Positions 1 to 9,690 of a stretch of DNA of 20,000 nucleotides are shown here, in pieces. The DNA lies in the NCBI GenBank assembly GCA_013265495.1, contig MU057744.1, positions 1,618,226-1,638,225 of the forward strand, in the 5' to 3' direction. This stretch comes from Vicugna vicugna. Its lineage: Eukaryota. Each line of letters opens with the position of its first letter. Positions within the stretch are counted from its first letter, which is position 1. The notes beneath the pieces are model-generated. The model was given only the letters and a program-made list of their open reading frames with translations. It was not told where the DNA came from and made no database searches. Made by a program: the position numbers and the translations under genes.

Positions 1-384
1 GACTTGGTGATATATTTCACATTGCCAGCGAAATTCACATAAAGTTGAGATTAGATTCCTTAAATCCAGAGAAACATAAAATATGTTTTAGATAACTTAA
101 AGAGACATTGAGGTATGGGTTATCTGCATTTTAATTATTGACAATGCAATAACTTATAATGTATAATTAATATCATGTAGGGTATGAGGGTACTGTAACT
201 TCTGGAATAGTTTATGCATTGTAATGTAGCATTTTAATATTCTTTACTGCCTCAGGTTTCCATGAAAGTTGTCTAAAATAAATATTTACTTGAGATCTTT
301 TAGTAAATGTGATAACTTTCTGTGAAAAGGAAAAAAAATCAATGCCATGAAATTCACAGTTTCGTTATGTTTAAAGTCACTTCT

Positions 385-1406
385 TTCAGTTCACTTAATA
401 AACACTTTATTGAGTGCCTACTATGTGCTAAGCAATGTCCCAAATTGTGGTGCTAGAGCAGTGGTTGAGACAGAGCTCATCATGTTCTGTATCTTTCATT
501 CTAGTGGAGGAAGACAGAAAAGACTTTAGTAAACAGTGATCATACTGTGAAGGATAAGGTGGTGGTACATGACAGGATAACTCCATTAGATTGGTTTGGT
601 CATAGAAGGCCTCACTGACTACTGAACAGCCAGGATGAAGCAGCCATTGGACGTGTGGAGGATGAAACATTGTAGATAGAAGAGATGGTGCAACGACTCC
701 AAAGTGAGAATGAGAATGGATTGTTGTTCCCAGATTAGAAAGAGCCTGGTTGGAATCTAGCAAGTGAAGTAGGCAAGTGACATGAGATGGGGACAGAGAG
801 ATTGACAAGGGCCAAATCATTAAGGGCTTTGCAGACCAGGGTAAGAGATTTGGGTCTTATTTTAAGTTCAATGGAGAGCTATTGGGTGGTTGTAAGTAAG
901 TGTATTACACAATTTATGTTTCTAGTTTTTGCACTGGTTGCTGCATTGGAGAGAGGGATGGAGAAGATGAATGACAGAGCTTGAACTGGGTGGTAGGGCA
1001 GTAGAAGGACTCGGGTTCAGAATCATTATTGCATTGGGTTTGAGAGGTAAGGGAAAAAGAGGAATCAAAGATTTTTGGATTTGAGTGTATTGTTGAGATG
1101 AGGAAGATGGTTGAAAGGCATAGAGAAAGGAAGACATTAATAGTACATGTACTCTTTTGACTGTGCTGGATTTATGACAGCAAGTAGAGATGTCAAATAA
1201 GCAGCTTAGTCTCGAGCACTAAGGAGAGGTCAAGTCGGATGACAGAGATTTGAGAATCACTGGGTTATATTATGACATTAAAAACCAAAAGTTTGGGTGA
1301 GAACTTCCTGGAGGAATTTGTGGTTATAGAAGAGAGAGGGCCTTAGGTCAAGCACTTCCGACCTTTAAAGGTAGGTCAGAAAAGAATGGCTCAACAAGGG
1401 AGACAG
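385..1406 (-). mobile_element. LINE-2 (L2) 3' fragment, antisense, highly diverged
   Basis: Begins with the reverse-complemented L2 3' terminus (ttcacttaataaacactttattgagtgcctactatgtgctaagc). Continues with typical L2 blocks (gaaggcctcactga, gtaagagatttgggtcttattttaag, agtagagatgtcaaataagcagc). Boundaries approximate. Confidence 0.85.
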
Positions 1407-2222
1407 TTTTTTTTTTTTTGTCTTCCAAGAATATAAAAATCTTTCTTGGAATCTTTATTCTCTAAATAAACTAGAAGACTATTTTGTGAGTTTAATAACG
1501 CACAAAGCCATTGGGTACTAAAATGTAAATACCACATACAGTTGAATTTCAGTGGTAACTCTATTTTGTTACTGCAAAAGTTGAGAAGTGCGTGATGAAC
1601 ATGGAAATAAAATCACACTTCTGGAGATAATTTAACAGATGACATATTTGGGAAAAGTAAGGAATGTAAAAGGAACAAAGCAGTTGTCAAAAAACACAAA
1701 CAGTAAAAGTCAAGATATAATTATAGTTCTATTCCTTATGTGGGAGAAGAAAGGAAAATGAAACTAATAGAAAACTCCATCCCAGAAATACCTGAGAGGA
1801 GGAAGGAAACTAACATGTAAACAAAAGGAGGGAAACAACAAGAGAAGGTAAAGCTATGAAGCTGGTCCATAGATTTAAATAATTAGAGGGAGGGCTGGCA
1901 GTAATCTTTGTGCTCTACCCCAACAAACTGCAGGAACAGATAAGGCATAAACGCGGTGTGTTTTAACACCAGGTGATGACTTCTGTGAAAGTTAAAATCA
2001 CCACCTGCCATTTCTATAACAGCCTACCTACAGAAAAGTAAGGTAAAGGTGGGTATTAGGCTTCAAGACTTATAAAACCCAGTAAGACTAGGAATTTCAA
2101 ACAATTTAAAAGCGTTTTTAGTAGAATCCCATCAATTGGGAGCGTAAGGTACTGGTTTCATTCAGAGTAAGTCTGAAGCCATGTAGCCCCTCCTTGAATA
2201 TCAACAAGCTCCATTTTGAAGT

Positions 2223-2370
2223 CTTTTTTTTTTTTTTAATATGTAGTGACTTTTAAAATTAAAAGAAAATTTTCAAAATTAAAGTATAGTCAGTTTACAA
2301 TGCTGTGCTCGTTTCTGGTGTACAACACAGTGATTCGGTTTTACGTAGATATATTCTTTTTTATATTCCA
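2223..2370 (-). mobile_element. Severely 5'-truncated cetartiodactyl-type L1 3' end with target-site duplication
   Basis: Poly-T (2224-2237) is followed by the L1 3'UTR antisense motif aagtatagtcagtttacaatgctgtgctcgtttctggtgtacaacacagtgattc. Exact direct repeat ATTTTGAAGT at 2213-2222 and 2371-2380. Confidence 0.85.
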
Positions 2371-2597
2371 ATTTTGAAGTTTCTTAGTTTAAAAAAAGTA
2401 TTCTGGAATTCCTGTTGAGAGTTTCACTGTGAGAGGGTATTCATAATACCTTGGAAGCCCTCAAGTATAAACTTCGTAGTTGGCTTCCTTTAAAAGGCCA
2501 GGAAAGAAACCATCTTTCTCTACATTCACATGTAACAGCGCTACTGCCGACGCGTTTGAGTCCTCCGCGCCTTCAGGAGAAAGGCGGGCCTTCCCTT

Positions 2598-2652
2598 AAC
2601 CAATCAGACGAGTCCTCGCGGTCACCTGACAGCAGACCCGCGTTCTCATTGG
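2598..2652. promoter_or_regulatory. NF-Y / E-box core: CCAAT (2600-2604), GTCACCTGAC (2621-2630), inverted CCAAT (ATTGG 2648-2652)
   Basis: AACCAATCAG and, on the - strand, CGCCAATGAG fit the NF-Y consensus. GTCACCTGAC is one mismatch from the USF/TFE palindrome GTCACGTGAC. Confidence 0.7.
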
Positions 2653-2689
2653 CGGACTCTGCCGCCGTCTGGCCGCCGGCGCGGTGCTC

Positions 2690-2892
2690 GTCTCAGATGT
2701 GGAAAGACCGAGAAGGCGCGTCCCGACCTGGGGAGCGCGCGGATTCTGACGGGACTGCCGCCCGCGCGGCCTGTGGGACTCGCAGTCTCTGGCAGTGTGG
2801 CCGCAGTCGTGGATACGCATTTTCCTCAGGTTAACGGTGAGGGCGGTGACGGGGCAGAGGCGAGGAGCGGTGGTCTGGGCTCTACAGATGTG
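2690..2892 (+). other. Candidate first exon of an unidentified + strand gene (start approximate; alternative donors possible)
   Basis: Lies downstream of the CCAAT core. Donor-like sites: ACG|GTGAGG (GT at 2837), GTG|GTGAGC (2893), GGG|GTGAGT (3230), TTG|GTAAGA (3273). Downstream DNA looks T-rich with mostly antisense L1s, as expected for a + strand intron. Confidence 0.5.
2774..2786 (-). promoter_or_regulatory. ZNF143/THAP11-associated ACTACnnnTCCCA-like motif
   Basis: The - strand reads ACTGCGAGTCCCA, one mismatch from ACTACNNNTCCCA, inside the CpG island. Confidence 0.45.
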
Positions 2893-2930
2893 GTGAGCGG
2901 AAGCGCCGCGGGGCCGCTGTGGCCGCGGCT

Positions 2931-3133
2931 TCGGTCCTCCTCACGCGTCTTGCGTCCTCCTCACCTGACTTCAATTCTCCTCACCCGTTTTCGGATCCTC
3001 TCCCCTGACTTCCGTCCTCCTCACCCGTCTTCTGGTCCCCTCTCCCGTCTCAGGATCCTCCTCCCCCGTCCCCCGTCCTCGGGTCCCCCCTCCCCCGTCT
3101 CCTGGTCCCCCTCTCCCCCGCCCCCGGGTCCCC
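2931..3133 (+). repeat. C/T-rich minisatellite, ~20-bp unit, ~10 degenerate copies
   Basis: Units in register: tcggtcctcctcacgcgtct / tgcgtcctcctcacctgact / tcaattctcctcacccgttt / tcggatcctctcccctgact / tccgtcctcctcacccgtct / tctggtcccctctcccgtct / caggatcctcctcccccgtc, then decaying into C-runs. Confidence 0.85.
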
Positions 3134-3477
3134 GAGGGCGCGGCCTTCCTGGCCCGGGCCTGGCCGGCTTCGTTCCGCTGGCCCGGGGCCCGCGTCAGCC
3201 CCGGAGGAGGTGCGGCCGGCGCGCTCGGGGTGAGTGGGGCCAGCTTCTGTTCGGCGGACGGAGGGCGGTTTGGTAAGAGCACTGCGGGCTCGTTTTGTGT
3301 GGTGCGTGCGACTCTGAGGGACTGGTCAGCGCGGGCATGAGTGCCTCGGAGACGCTTCTCGTGGGCAAAATGGGCAACACTTAAACAAGTGTTCCCTTTG
3401 AGTTCTTACAGTTCTGTTTTCGGTTGCCTGGATCTATGTAGGTTTCGCCCTCAGCTCGGAGTTCGTCGTAAATTCTG

Positions 3478-3479
<2 letters not shown>

Positions 3480-3512
<33 letters not shown>

Positions 3513-3525
3513 CTTTTTTTTTTTT
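3480..3525 (+). repeat. Poly-T tract (46 nt, one C at 3513)
   Basis: Seen directly. Confidence 0.97.
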
Positions 3526-4000
3526 ATTCTGCTGGTGGAATTGAATTATCGTTGACCAGATTTTGCCCGCATGTGGCTTTCAGCAGGTGACCTGCTGGAG
3601 GGAAGAAGCTGAAGAGGGGAGCAAACTTACCCTGTTTCAGGAGAGAAGAGGAAACATACAGGATTTGAGTCTTAAAAGGTTAAAAATAAGGACAAGGCAT
3701 GCAGAATAAGATTATTAGGTTGGGGGATGGGCTTTGAACATGCAGCTTCTCTCAGAATTCTGCAGTAGAAAATTCTCAGGGCTGGAATGACACTTTTGGG
3801 ATGATGGACTTCTGAGCCAGAAGAGATTTTCTAATGCACCGTAGATACTTCCCTCACCTCTAAGAGTTCAAAGTCATAAAGCAGTAGGGGCTGACTCTAA
3901 GTACAGTATTCCTGAGTGGTGAGTTACAACGTCTGCTAATAAACAGTTTTATCCTTTGACATGTTCTGCTAAGTTTTTATTGTGGCTTGTGAATGTTTAG

Positions 4001-4017
4001 TGTCCTCCAGGGGGCTT
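4001..4017 (+). promoter_or_regulatory. Candidate CTCF site
   Basis: TGTCCTCCAGGGGGCTT compared with the CTCF consensus TGGCCACCAGGGGGCGC; the CCAGGGGGC core is intact. Confidence 0.45.
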
Positions 4018-4294
4018 TTAGGCGAATATGTTCTCACAGCACACGTGGTACCATTATACAGTGAGCCAACCTAATGGGTTTTAATTATGCTAAGGGCGGT
4101 GGACCTTGGCGCTGCTGACAAATTCATGTTTTTTACATTGCTGGGATGGAGAGCACAAACCAAAGGTTTCACCTGGAATCATGTCTGGAAAGTAGTTTCC
4201 TTTGCTATGATGCCACCTCTCAGTTTTGTTTCCCAAGTTGAAGAGTACAGGTGACTGGTGGCATTCACATCCACGTGGTGGAAACAGAGGAAGT

Positions 4295-4415
4295 GTTGCT
4301 CTTGACTTTGGGAGACCCAGATTCTAGGCGAGGATTTTCACTTCCTCTGTTGGGATTTGAACAAGTCACCTAACAAGAAGCACTTCATTTGCCTTGGCTG
4401 TAAAGTAGGGGAGAG
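4295..4415 (+). mobile_element. MIR SINE fragment
   Basis: gactttgggagacccagattctagg...tttgaacaagtcacctaac...ctgtaaagtagggga resembles the MIR core. Confidence 0.6.
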
Positions 4416-6520
4416 CCATCCCATACAGGAGGCCTCCTGAGGATTACTGAGAGGTAGTAATAAGATGATACACGATCAGTGAATATTTGAGCGATCTCTT
4501 CCCTCCAGTAGGAGCTCTCTGCCTGGTTAGCAATCTGGTTACTTTAGCTAATGTTTTTCCCCTCTGGTTGCTGTCGTACTTGTTTAATTTTCTGCAATCC
4601 CTTAGTTTGTTAAGCACGGCTATCTGGGGTTCAGCTGTACTTCCTTTTGTATCCCAGTTGACATGTAGGTATGTGTTCATTTTGGTATTTGTCTGATCTG
4701 TTAGTTCTAAAAATGGGAGAGGCTTGAAGGACACTCTTGTTGCTGACATATTGAGTGTGGCTCTGCTCCACTGTAAACTTTTCAGTGATCCTGTGTGTTC
4801 ACTGACTCTCATGAATTGCTGGCAATTCACAAAACAAAATGAGATCTTCAGTGCTGAGGTGGGCAAAGCACTTCTCTCCTAATTTTCCTGATAATGCTCC
4901 TACAGTTTGTTATTAGATAGTAGTTACAGTGCTGGTAGAGAGTGACTTGATATGCCAGCAGGGATACATGTGACTTTTCCACATTTTTGATAAATACTCA
5001 TGCAGTTGCTAGAGAGACCCAGTTGTTGGAGAGACTCTTTCCATGCTGAAGACATAACGGCACCAGTGAAATCTGTTGAGTTTCCTGCCAATCCGTCTGA
5101 GGTGTAACCAGGTCTTTGTAACTGTTTTATAATAATTGCAGTAAATTTAGTGGAAAACTAGAGCTCCTGGCACCGAGTAGTTACTCACTAACTTTGTAGT
5201 AACCAGCCAATTGCATCTGTTCTTTAAACACCAGTAAATTGAATTAAATAATTAGCAGGTTAAAAAATTATAATATAATATTGTTTTATAATTATAAAGT
5301 TAAAATTTAAAAATTTAAAATATGTAATTAAAATTCTGCTTGGAGACTGAAAAAATACCTATTCTCCACCTTAGCCTCACTTGAGATCTTCCTCATTGAA
5401 TCACTTCTCATCTCTGTAAGATGCACGGTTGCAAAAACTAGAATAGGTAGTTTCTTATGTTTTCATGAAAGGTGTAAATACTGTTTGTAGCATACTACCT
5501 GTTGAATTGAAGACAAAAAAGTTGTGAGGCACAGAGTGCAGAAACTCCATTTAATAAAGATGGTAGAAAGGATTTTAATTCACTGAAAGAATTGGTAATC
5601 CAGTTAATTCCAGAGCTTTCCAAGTTAACGTGTTTTAAAATGTTAGGTAGTCCTCTTTACTAAAAATAGAGCTTCCAGTTACAACTAGAAATTTTGTTTA
5701 GTTTTTTTTCTGCCTTGGTATTAATAAATTCCTTAGTAATGAAGTTCATAAAACATAGGCTAGTCTGATGACTTTCGTATCTTTCCAATGACAAAAGTCA
5801 AAAGCAATCTAATTATTACTTTAGAGAAAGAGTTTCTCAAGAGATAAGATGCTCCTGATAAAACCAGTAGCCTCACCTGTTAAGGCCCATCCATCTAAAG
5901 AATGTCTTAAGCTAGAATGGAATTATCTAGTTGTTGGTAATGTTGTTATTCCATCCTTTGAAGCTGCCCTCTGAAAAACAAATTGTGACTCATACCATTG
6001 TAGCCCAGGCTTAATTTAATGGAAATATAAATGTATTACTGCTTTATGGTTTTACTTGATTCATGAAATTTTGTGATAATTGGTAACACGTCTTTAAAAA
6101 TACCAGGCCTCAAGCTTCTGCTCAAAAGCTTTTCTCTTATTTTACCAACTGATAAGTTTATCTGCTGTCAAGCTAGTAAATACAGAATTAAGAATCAGAA
6201 ACTTTCATGTATTTGACTTTCCCTTATCACCAATTTAATAGCTTAACATAACTTTTTGACGTGACAGAAAATGTGTCAGTGTGACTCGCAATTATGGTAA
6301 GAAATAGAAAAAGAGCATATCCTTTAACAGAGAGCTCCAGAAATTTGGATCCAGGTGCATTTATTACACTAACAGATTCTAAGTCTTGCTTAGAATCATG
6401 AACGTTAGTTGTGTTTGTTAACTGGTGTCCCTTGGTTGTGCAGCTTGTTTCCTGCTACAGGGTGGTCAGCTCAAGTCTCCCTCAGAATGTACTTGCATTG
6501 TACATTGGTTGCTACAGGGT

Positions 6521-6572
6521 TAGGAAGTTGACAAGAAGACTGTTAAGTAGGAAGTTGACAAGAAGACTGTTA
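6521..6572 (+). repeat. Tandem duplication, period 27 (25-bp exact repeat)
   Basis: taggaagttgacaagaagactgtta at 6521-6545 and 6548-6572. Confidence 0.95.
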
Positions 6573-6604
6573 GGCTAAGAACATTCAATCTAGATTCATC
6601 AGGG

Positions 6605-6665
6605 GCACAGACACTGAAGGCAGAAAGGCCTCCAGTTAAAATCCCAGCTCTGTTATTTATGTGTT
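6605..6665 (+). mobile_element. Short MIR 5' fragment
   Basis: ccagttaaaatcccagctctgttatttat resembles MIR ggttcaaatcccagctctgccacttact. Confidence 0.45.
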
Positions 6666-7555
6666 TGTTAGTTTTCAGTAATTTTTTCTGTTACAGGCAG
6701 CACTGCAGTGAACATCCACATGCAGCTCTCTGAGCAGAGTTCATTTCCTTAGAGTAAACTACAACAAATGGAACTTCTAAGCTACAGGCATATACTTTTT
6801 AGGGCTTTTGATATTTACTCCCATATTACCCTCTAGAATAATTTACAATCCCATGAGCCGTGTTTTTGAGAGTCATTTTCCCATTCTCTCATCCACACCA
6901 GCCATTTTTATTTAAAATAAAAAGCCTGCTATTCTGAAAGGCAAAATTCTTTGTTTTGGAAAAATTGTGTTTCTTTGATTACTGATCAGGATGACCATTT
7001 CTCATGTTTACTGTGTTTGTGTGAATTTCCCTGTTTATATCCGTGGCCCTCTTTTCTATTAGAATATTTGCCTTTTTTTGATATATAGCTGTCATTTAAA
7101 CACACATACACAAACACACACTATCATGTATATATTAAAATTTCCAGTGGGGAGGGTATATATAGCTCAAGTGGTAGAGTGCATGCTTAGCATGTGCAAG
7201 GCTCTGGGTTCAATCTCCAGTACCTCCTCTAAAAGTAAATAAATGTATAAGCCTAGTTACCTCCCCCCTCAAAAAATAAGTAAAATAAGAAATAAATTTA
7301 AAAAAATTCCCAGTTTTCTTGTTAACATTTGCTTTGGTTATAGTGTTTTTGTTATGTTGAAGTTTAAAAAATGTATTTAGTAAGCTATCTATTTTTGTTC
7401 TTTGTATTTCTGCCTTTAGGAATGTCTTTAGAAAATCTTTCCTACCACATAATTATAAAAATATCTATTGATGTTTTCTTCTTGTACTTTCATAGTTTTC
7501 TTATGTTCTTAATCTTTACGGAGTTAAATTTGATATAAGACATAGGGGTTTTGAA
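6665..7555 (-). mobile_element. Ancient L1 (L1ME/L1MC-like) ORF2 3' region, antisense, interrupted by a SINE
   Basis: Motifs gcactgcagtgaacatcc, tttctttgattactgatcaggatgaccatttctcatgtttact and gtgaatttccctgtttatatcc match the antisense old-L1 ORF2 end. Confidence 0.75.
7149..7302 (+). mobile_element. tRNA-derived SINE, camelid vic-1 type, with TSD
   Basis: Head GGGGAGGGTATA..TAGCTCAAGTGG (A box) and GGTTCAATCTCC (B box, 7207-7218), then an A-rich tail. TSD aaaatttccagt (7137-7148) / aaaattcccagt (7303-7314). Confidence 0.9.
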
Positions 7556-7556
7556 T

Positions 7557-7632
7557 TATATATATATTTGAATAGGTGATACATTTACCTGTGGCAAAAT
7601 TCAGAAGGTACAGTTAGAGTCTTCCTCCTAAC
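7557..7632 (-). mobile_element. Short old L1 (L1MC/L1ME) 3'-terminal fragment
   Basis: ttgaataggtgatacatttacctgtggcaaaattcagaaggtaca resembles the antisense L1MC4/L1ME3 3' terminus. Confidence 0.5.
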
Positions 7633-7907
7633 TTTGACTAATATGAATATAGCCATATTAAAGTTCAAAAGAGTTTACTTCATTAATAATTAAACATTTT
7701 CTTGTATGTAGTCATACAAAAATATCCCTGTGATTGTCCTTTTTAAATTTTATTTTTAAATAAGAAAAGCTATTGTTTATATTACCTGAAAGCCTTATGC
7801 ATTAGTGATACTAAATTTATATGTACCTACTTCTTACTTTTTCCTGCCCGTCATATAAATTATGATAGTTTTTGCAACCATATCAAATATAAAGATTTTC
7901 TCCAGTT

Positions 7908-8342
7908 TGTCAACTGAAAAAAAAATGGACAACCTAAAATTGAGAATTATGTTTTTTTTAGCAGACCTGCTGAGGACTTAATCCTGGGAGACAGCTTCTC
8001 AGATAGCTCTGAGGGAGGAGGTAGGGGAGGAGCCAGGATATGTAGGAGTTTTTGCAACAAAAATCAGGTAGTTGGAACATCAGAAGATTACTGTTAATTA
8101 AAAACCAGACATCTCAAGTTATGGGATTTAGTGCTTTACAAATCTAGGTATGGGAAGATGCAAGAGTCTGGGCTTACTGAAGTCATTCCTTTGATGTGCA
8201 CCTTAGCTGTCTAGGGCCAGTATCTTGTTTTCTCCATCCTCAGGGTGCACCATCAGAGTTAGGAGGTGGCTGCGGTGGCTGAGGGCTTGATGGCTACAAC
8301 AGCCTTTGTCTACTGATGTGGCAGGTGACATTCTTTGTCACA
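7908..8342 (-). mobile_element. ERV1 solo LTR, MER41-like cetartiodactyl family
   Basis: 435 bp with TG...CA termini (tgtcaactg...tttgtcaca) and near-TSD agtt/cgtt. Internal blocks tatgggaagatgcaagagtctgggctta and cctttgatgtgcaccttagctgtctagggccagt resemble MER41-like LTRs. Family name is from recall. Confidence 0.8.
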
Positions 8343-8785
8343 CGTTTTAAAGACTGTTTTGGTGGTGATTCAGATACACTTGAGTGTACTCTATATGGTT
8401 ATCGTATTGCTTGGGAATGTAGATTTACGAGGCCAAATCTAAGCATCTTTTATTTGAGTAGATATTCCTAGTTATCAGGTAATTCAGTAATTCCCACCAC
8501 CATAGCCATGCTTTTCTCTTTTGTGCAAGTCTTCTGTGAGGGTAAGAGATCTGTGCTTAGGGAAAATCTTGACTTAGTAGAAAATGAGTAGTGTGGGAGG
8601 GACGCAGATTACTGTACTCTAATTCTGTCGCTGTGCTTGTCATGGCCCTCACTCTACAATAGAATTCTTCCTGAGTATAATACGGTTCTTTTATAAGCAG
8701 TAAGTACATGACTACATCCGTGAGTCACAGTTTTAAAAAATGCCATCTTCTCAGCTTTGGCAGTGTTTATTCCTTATCTTGGAAA

Positions 8786-9010
8786 GTAGTGTGATGTTGA
8801 GGAATGCGTCCCAGACAAGAGGGCAGGAGACCTGGACTTGCCTCCAAGTTTTTCCCAATTTAGGCAAATCTTGCACCTCCTTTATTTTTTTAGTTCTGAA
8901 GTGACAATAATATTTTCTTTTCCCCATTCATTATAGTTGTGTTGAGCATCATATAACGTGTGTAAAGTACAGTGAAAATATCTAATATGCTACACAAATG
9001 TAAGTAAGTT
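8786..9010 (+). mobile_element. MIR (MIR3/MIRc-like) fragments
   Basis: caggagacctggacttg...ttaggcaaatc and a 3' block gtgtgtaaagtacagtgaaaatatctaatatgctacacaaatgtaag. Confidence 0.5.
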
Positions 9011-9344
9011 GCTGGTAAGAAAAGAGAAAAATCTCCACTCTGATTATTCTTAACTTCTGTGCATAACTCAGTGTCCAGAAGAACGTGTATGTGCTCTGCC
9101 ACTTGGGCTTCCTGTTTCAAAGGCTACTTATTAATTGACGTTTCTATGCTCCCTTAAGTTTACCTGGCTGTTATCTTATGCCATCTTCCACTTCTAGATA
9201 TGGGGAACTTCGGATCAAGTTTCAAAATAAAAGCGTTGAAGGGTTTCTCTTGGTATTTACTTATATATGATATATATATATATCCAAAAAGGGGAATACT
9301 GTCATTAAAGAGCCATGTACTTTATGAAAATGTATTTTAACAAC

Positions 9345-9690
9345 AGATTTAAAAGTATAGACCATCAAAGGAAAACCAAATTTTATTACTTGGATTGTTG
9401 CACATCAAAGCACACAAAACATAAAATTTAAGATCTAGAAGTATCCTGAATACATAGTGTATTCCTATCAATCAATATGAGAATGACAACCAAAGAGAAA
9501 AAAGAGAGATACCCAAGAATACGCATTTCACAAAAGAGGAAATACAAATGGGTCATTATAGAAGTTAAAACATAGTCAACCCTCATTATTAATTGGGGAA
9601 ATGAAAACTAAAAGCAAAGTGAAGTTATTATTTCACAGATTGGGAGTATTATAATCGGAAAGAGTGTGGAGCAATAGGAATTTCCACTCT
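9345..9690 (+). mobile_element. Ancient L1 (L1ME-like) ORF2 3' fragment, sense
   Basis: catttcacaaaagaggaaatacaaatgg, ggggaaatgaaaactaaaagcaaagtgaag and gtgtggagcaataggaa match the L1 ORF2 C-terminal region. Confidence 0.75.

Larger units (their letters stand above)
2535..3470. promoter_or_regulatory. CpG island / promoter
   Basis: Abrupt GC- and CpG-rich block of ~900 bp in an AT-rich, CpG-depleted background. Contains CCAAT boxes, GC-rich motifs and several GT donor sites. Confidence 0.93.

Noticed and set aside
347..1137. Four ORFs of 60-130 aa
   Set aside because: They lie almost wholly within the decayed L2 and have no recognisable protein features.
2931..3133. Regular 20-bp repeats as a CRISPR-like array
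   Set aside because: Head-to-tail degenerate units with no unique spacers and no cas genes, in a mammalian context.
2451..3380. Five overlapping ORFs (61-167 aa) in the CpG island
   Set aside because: GC-rich DNA has few stop codons. The products are low-complexity Pro/Arg/Gly-rich, partly translate the minisatellite, and show no recognisable domain.
3581..3597. Inverted repeat cagcaggt-g-acctgctg (and palindrome caggaggcctcctg near 4426-4439)
   Set aside because: Arms of 7-8 bp are expected by chance about once or twice in 20 kb.
4444..4866. 140-aa - strand ORF and nested 69-aa + strand ORF
   Set aside because: Non-ATG starts, no recognisable domain and no convincing exon boundaries.
7149..7225. 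tRNA gene
   Set aside because: The tRNA-like head has extra bases, is followed by an A-rich tail and is flanked by a TSD, so it is a SINE.
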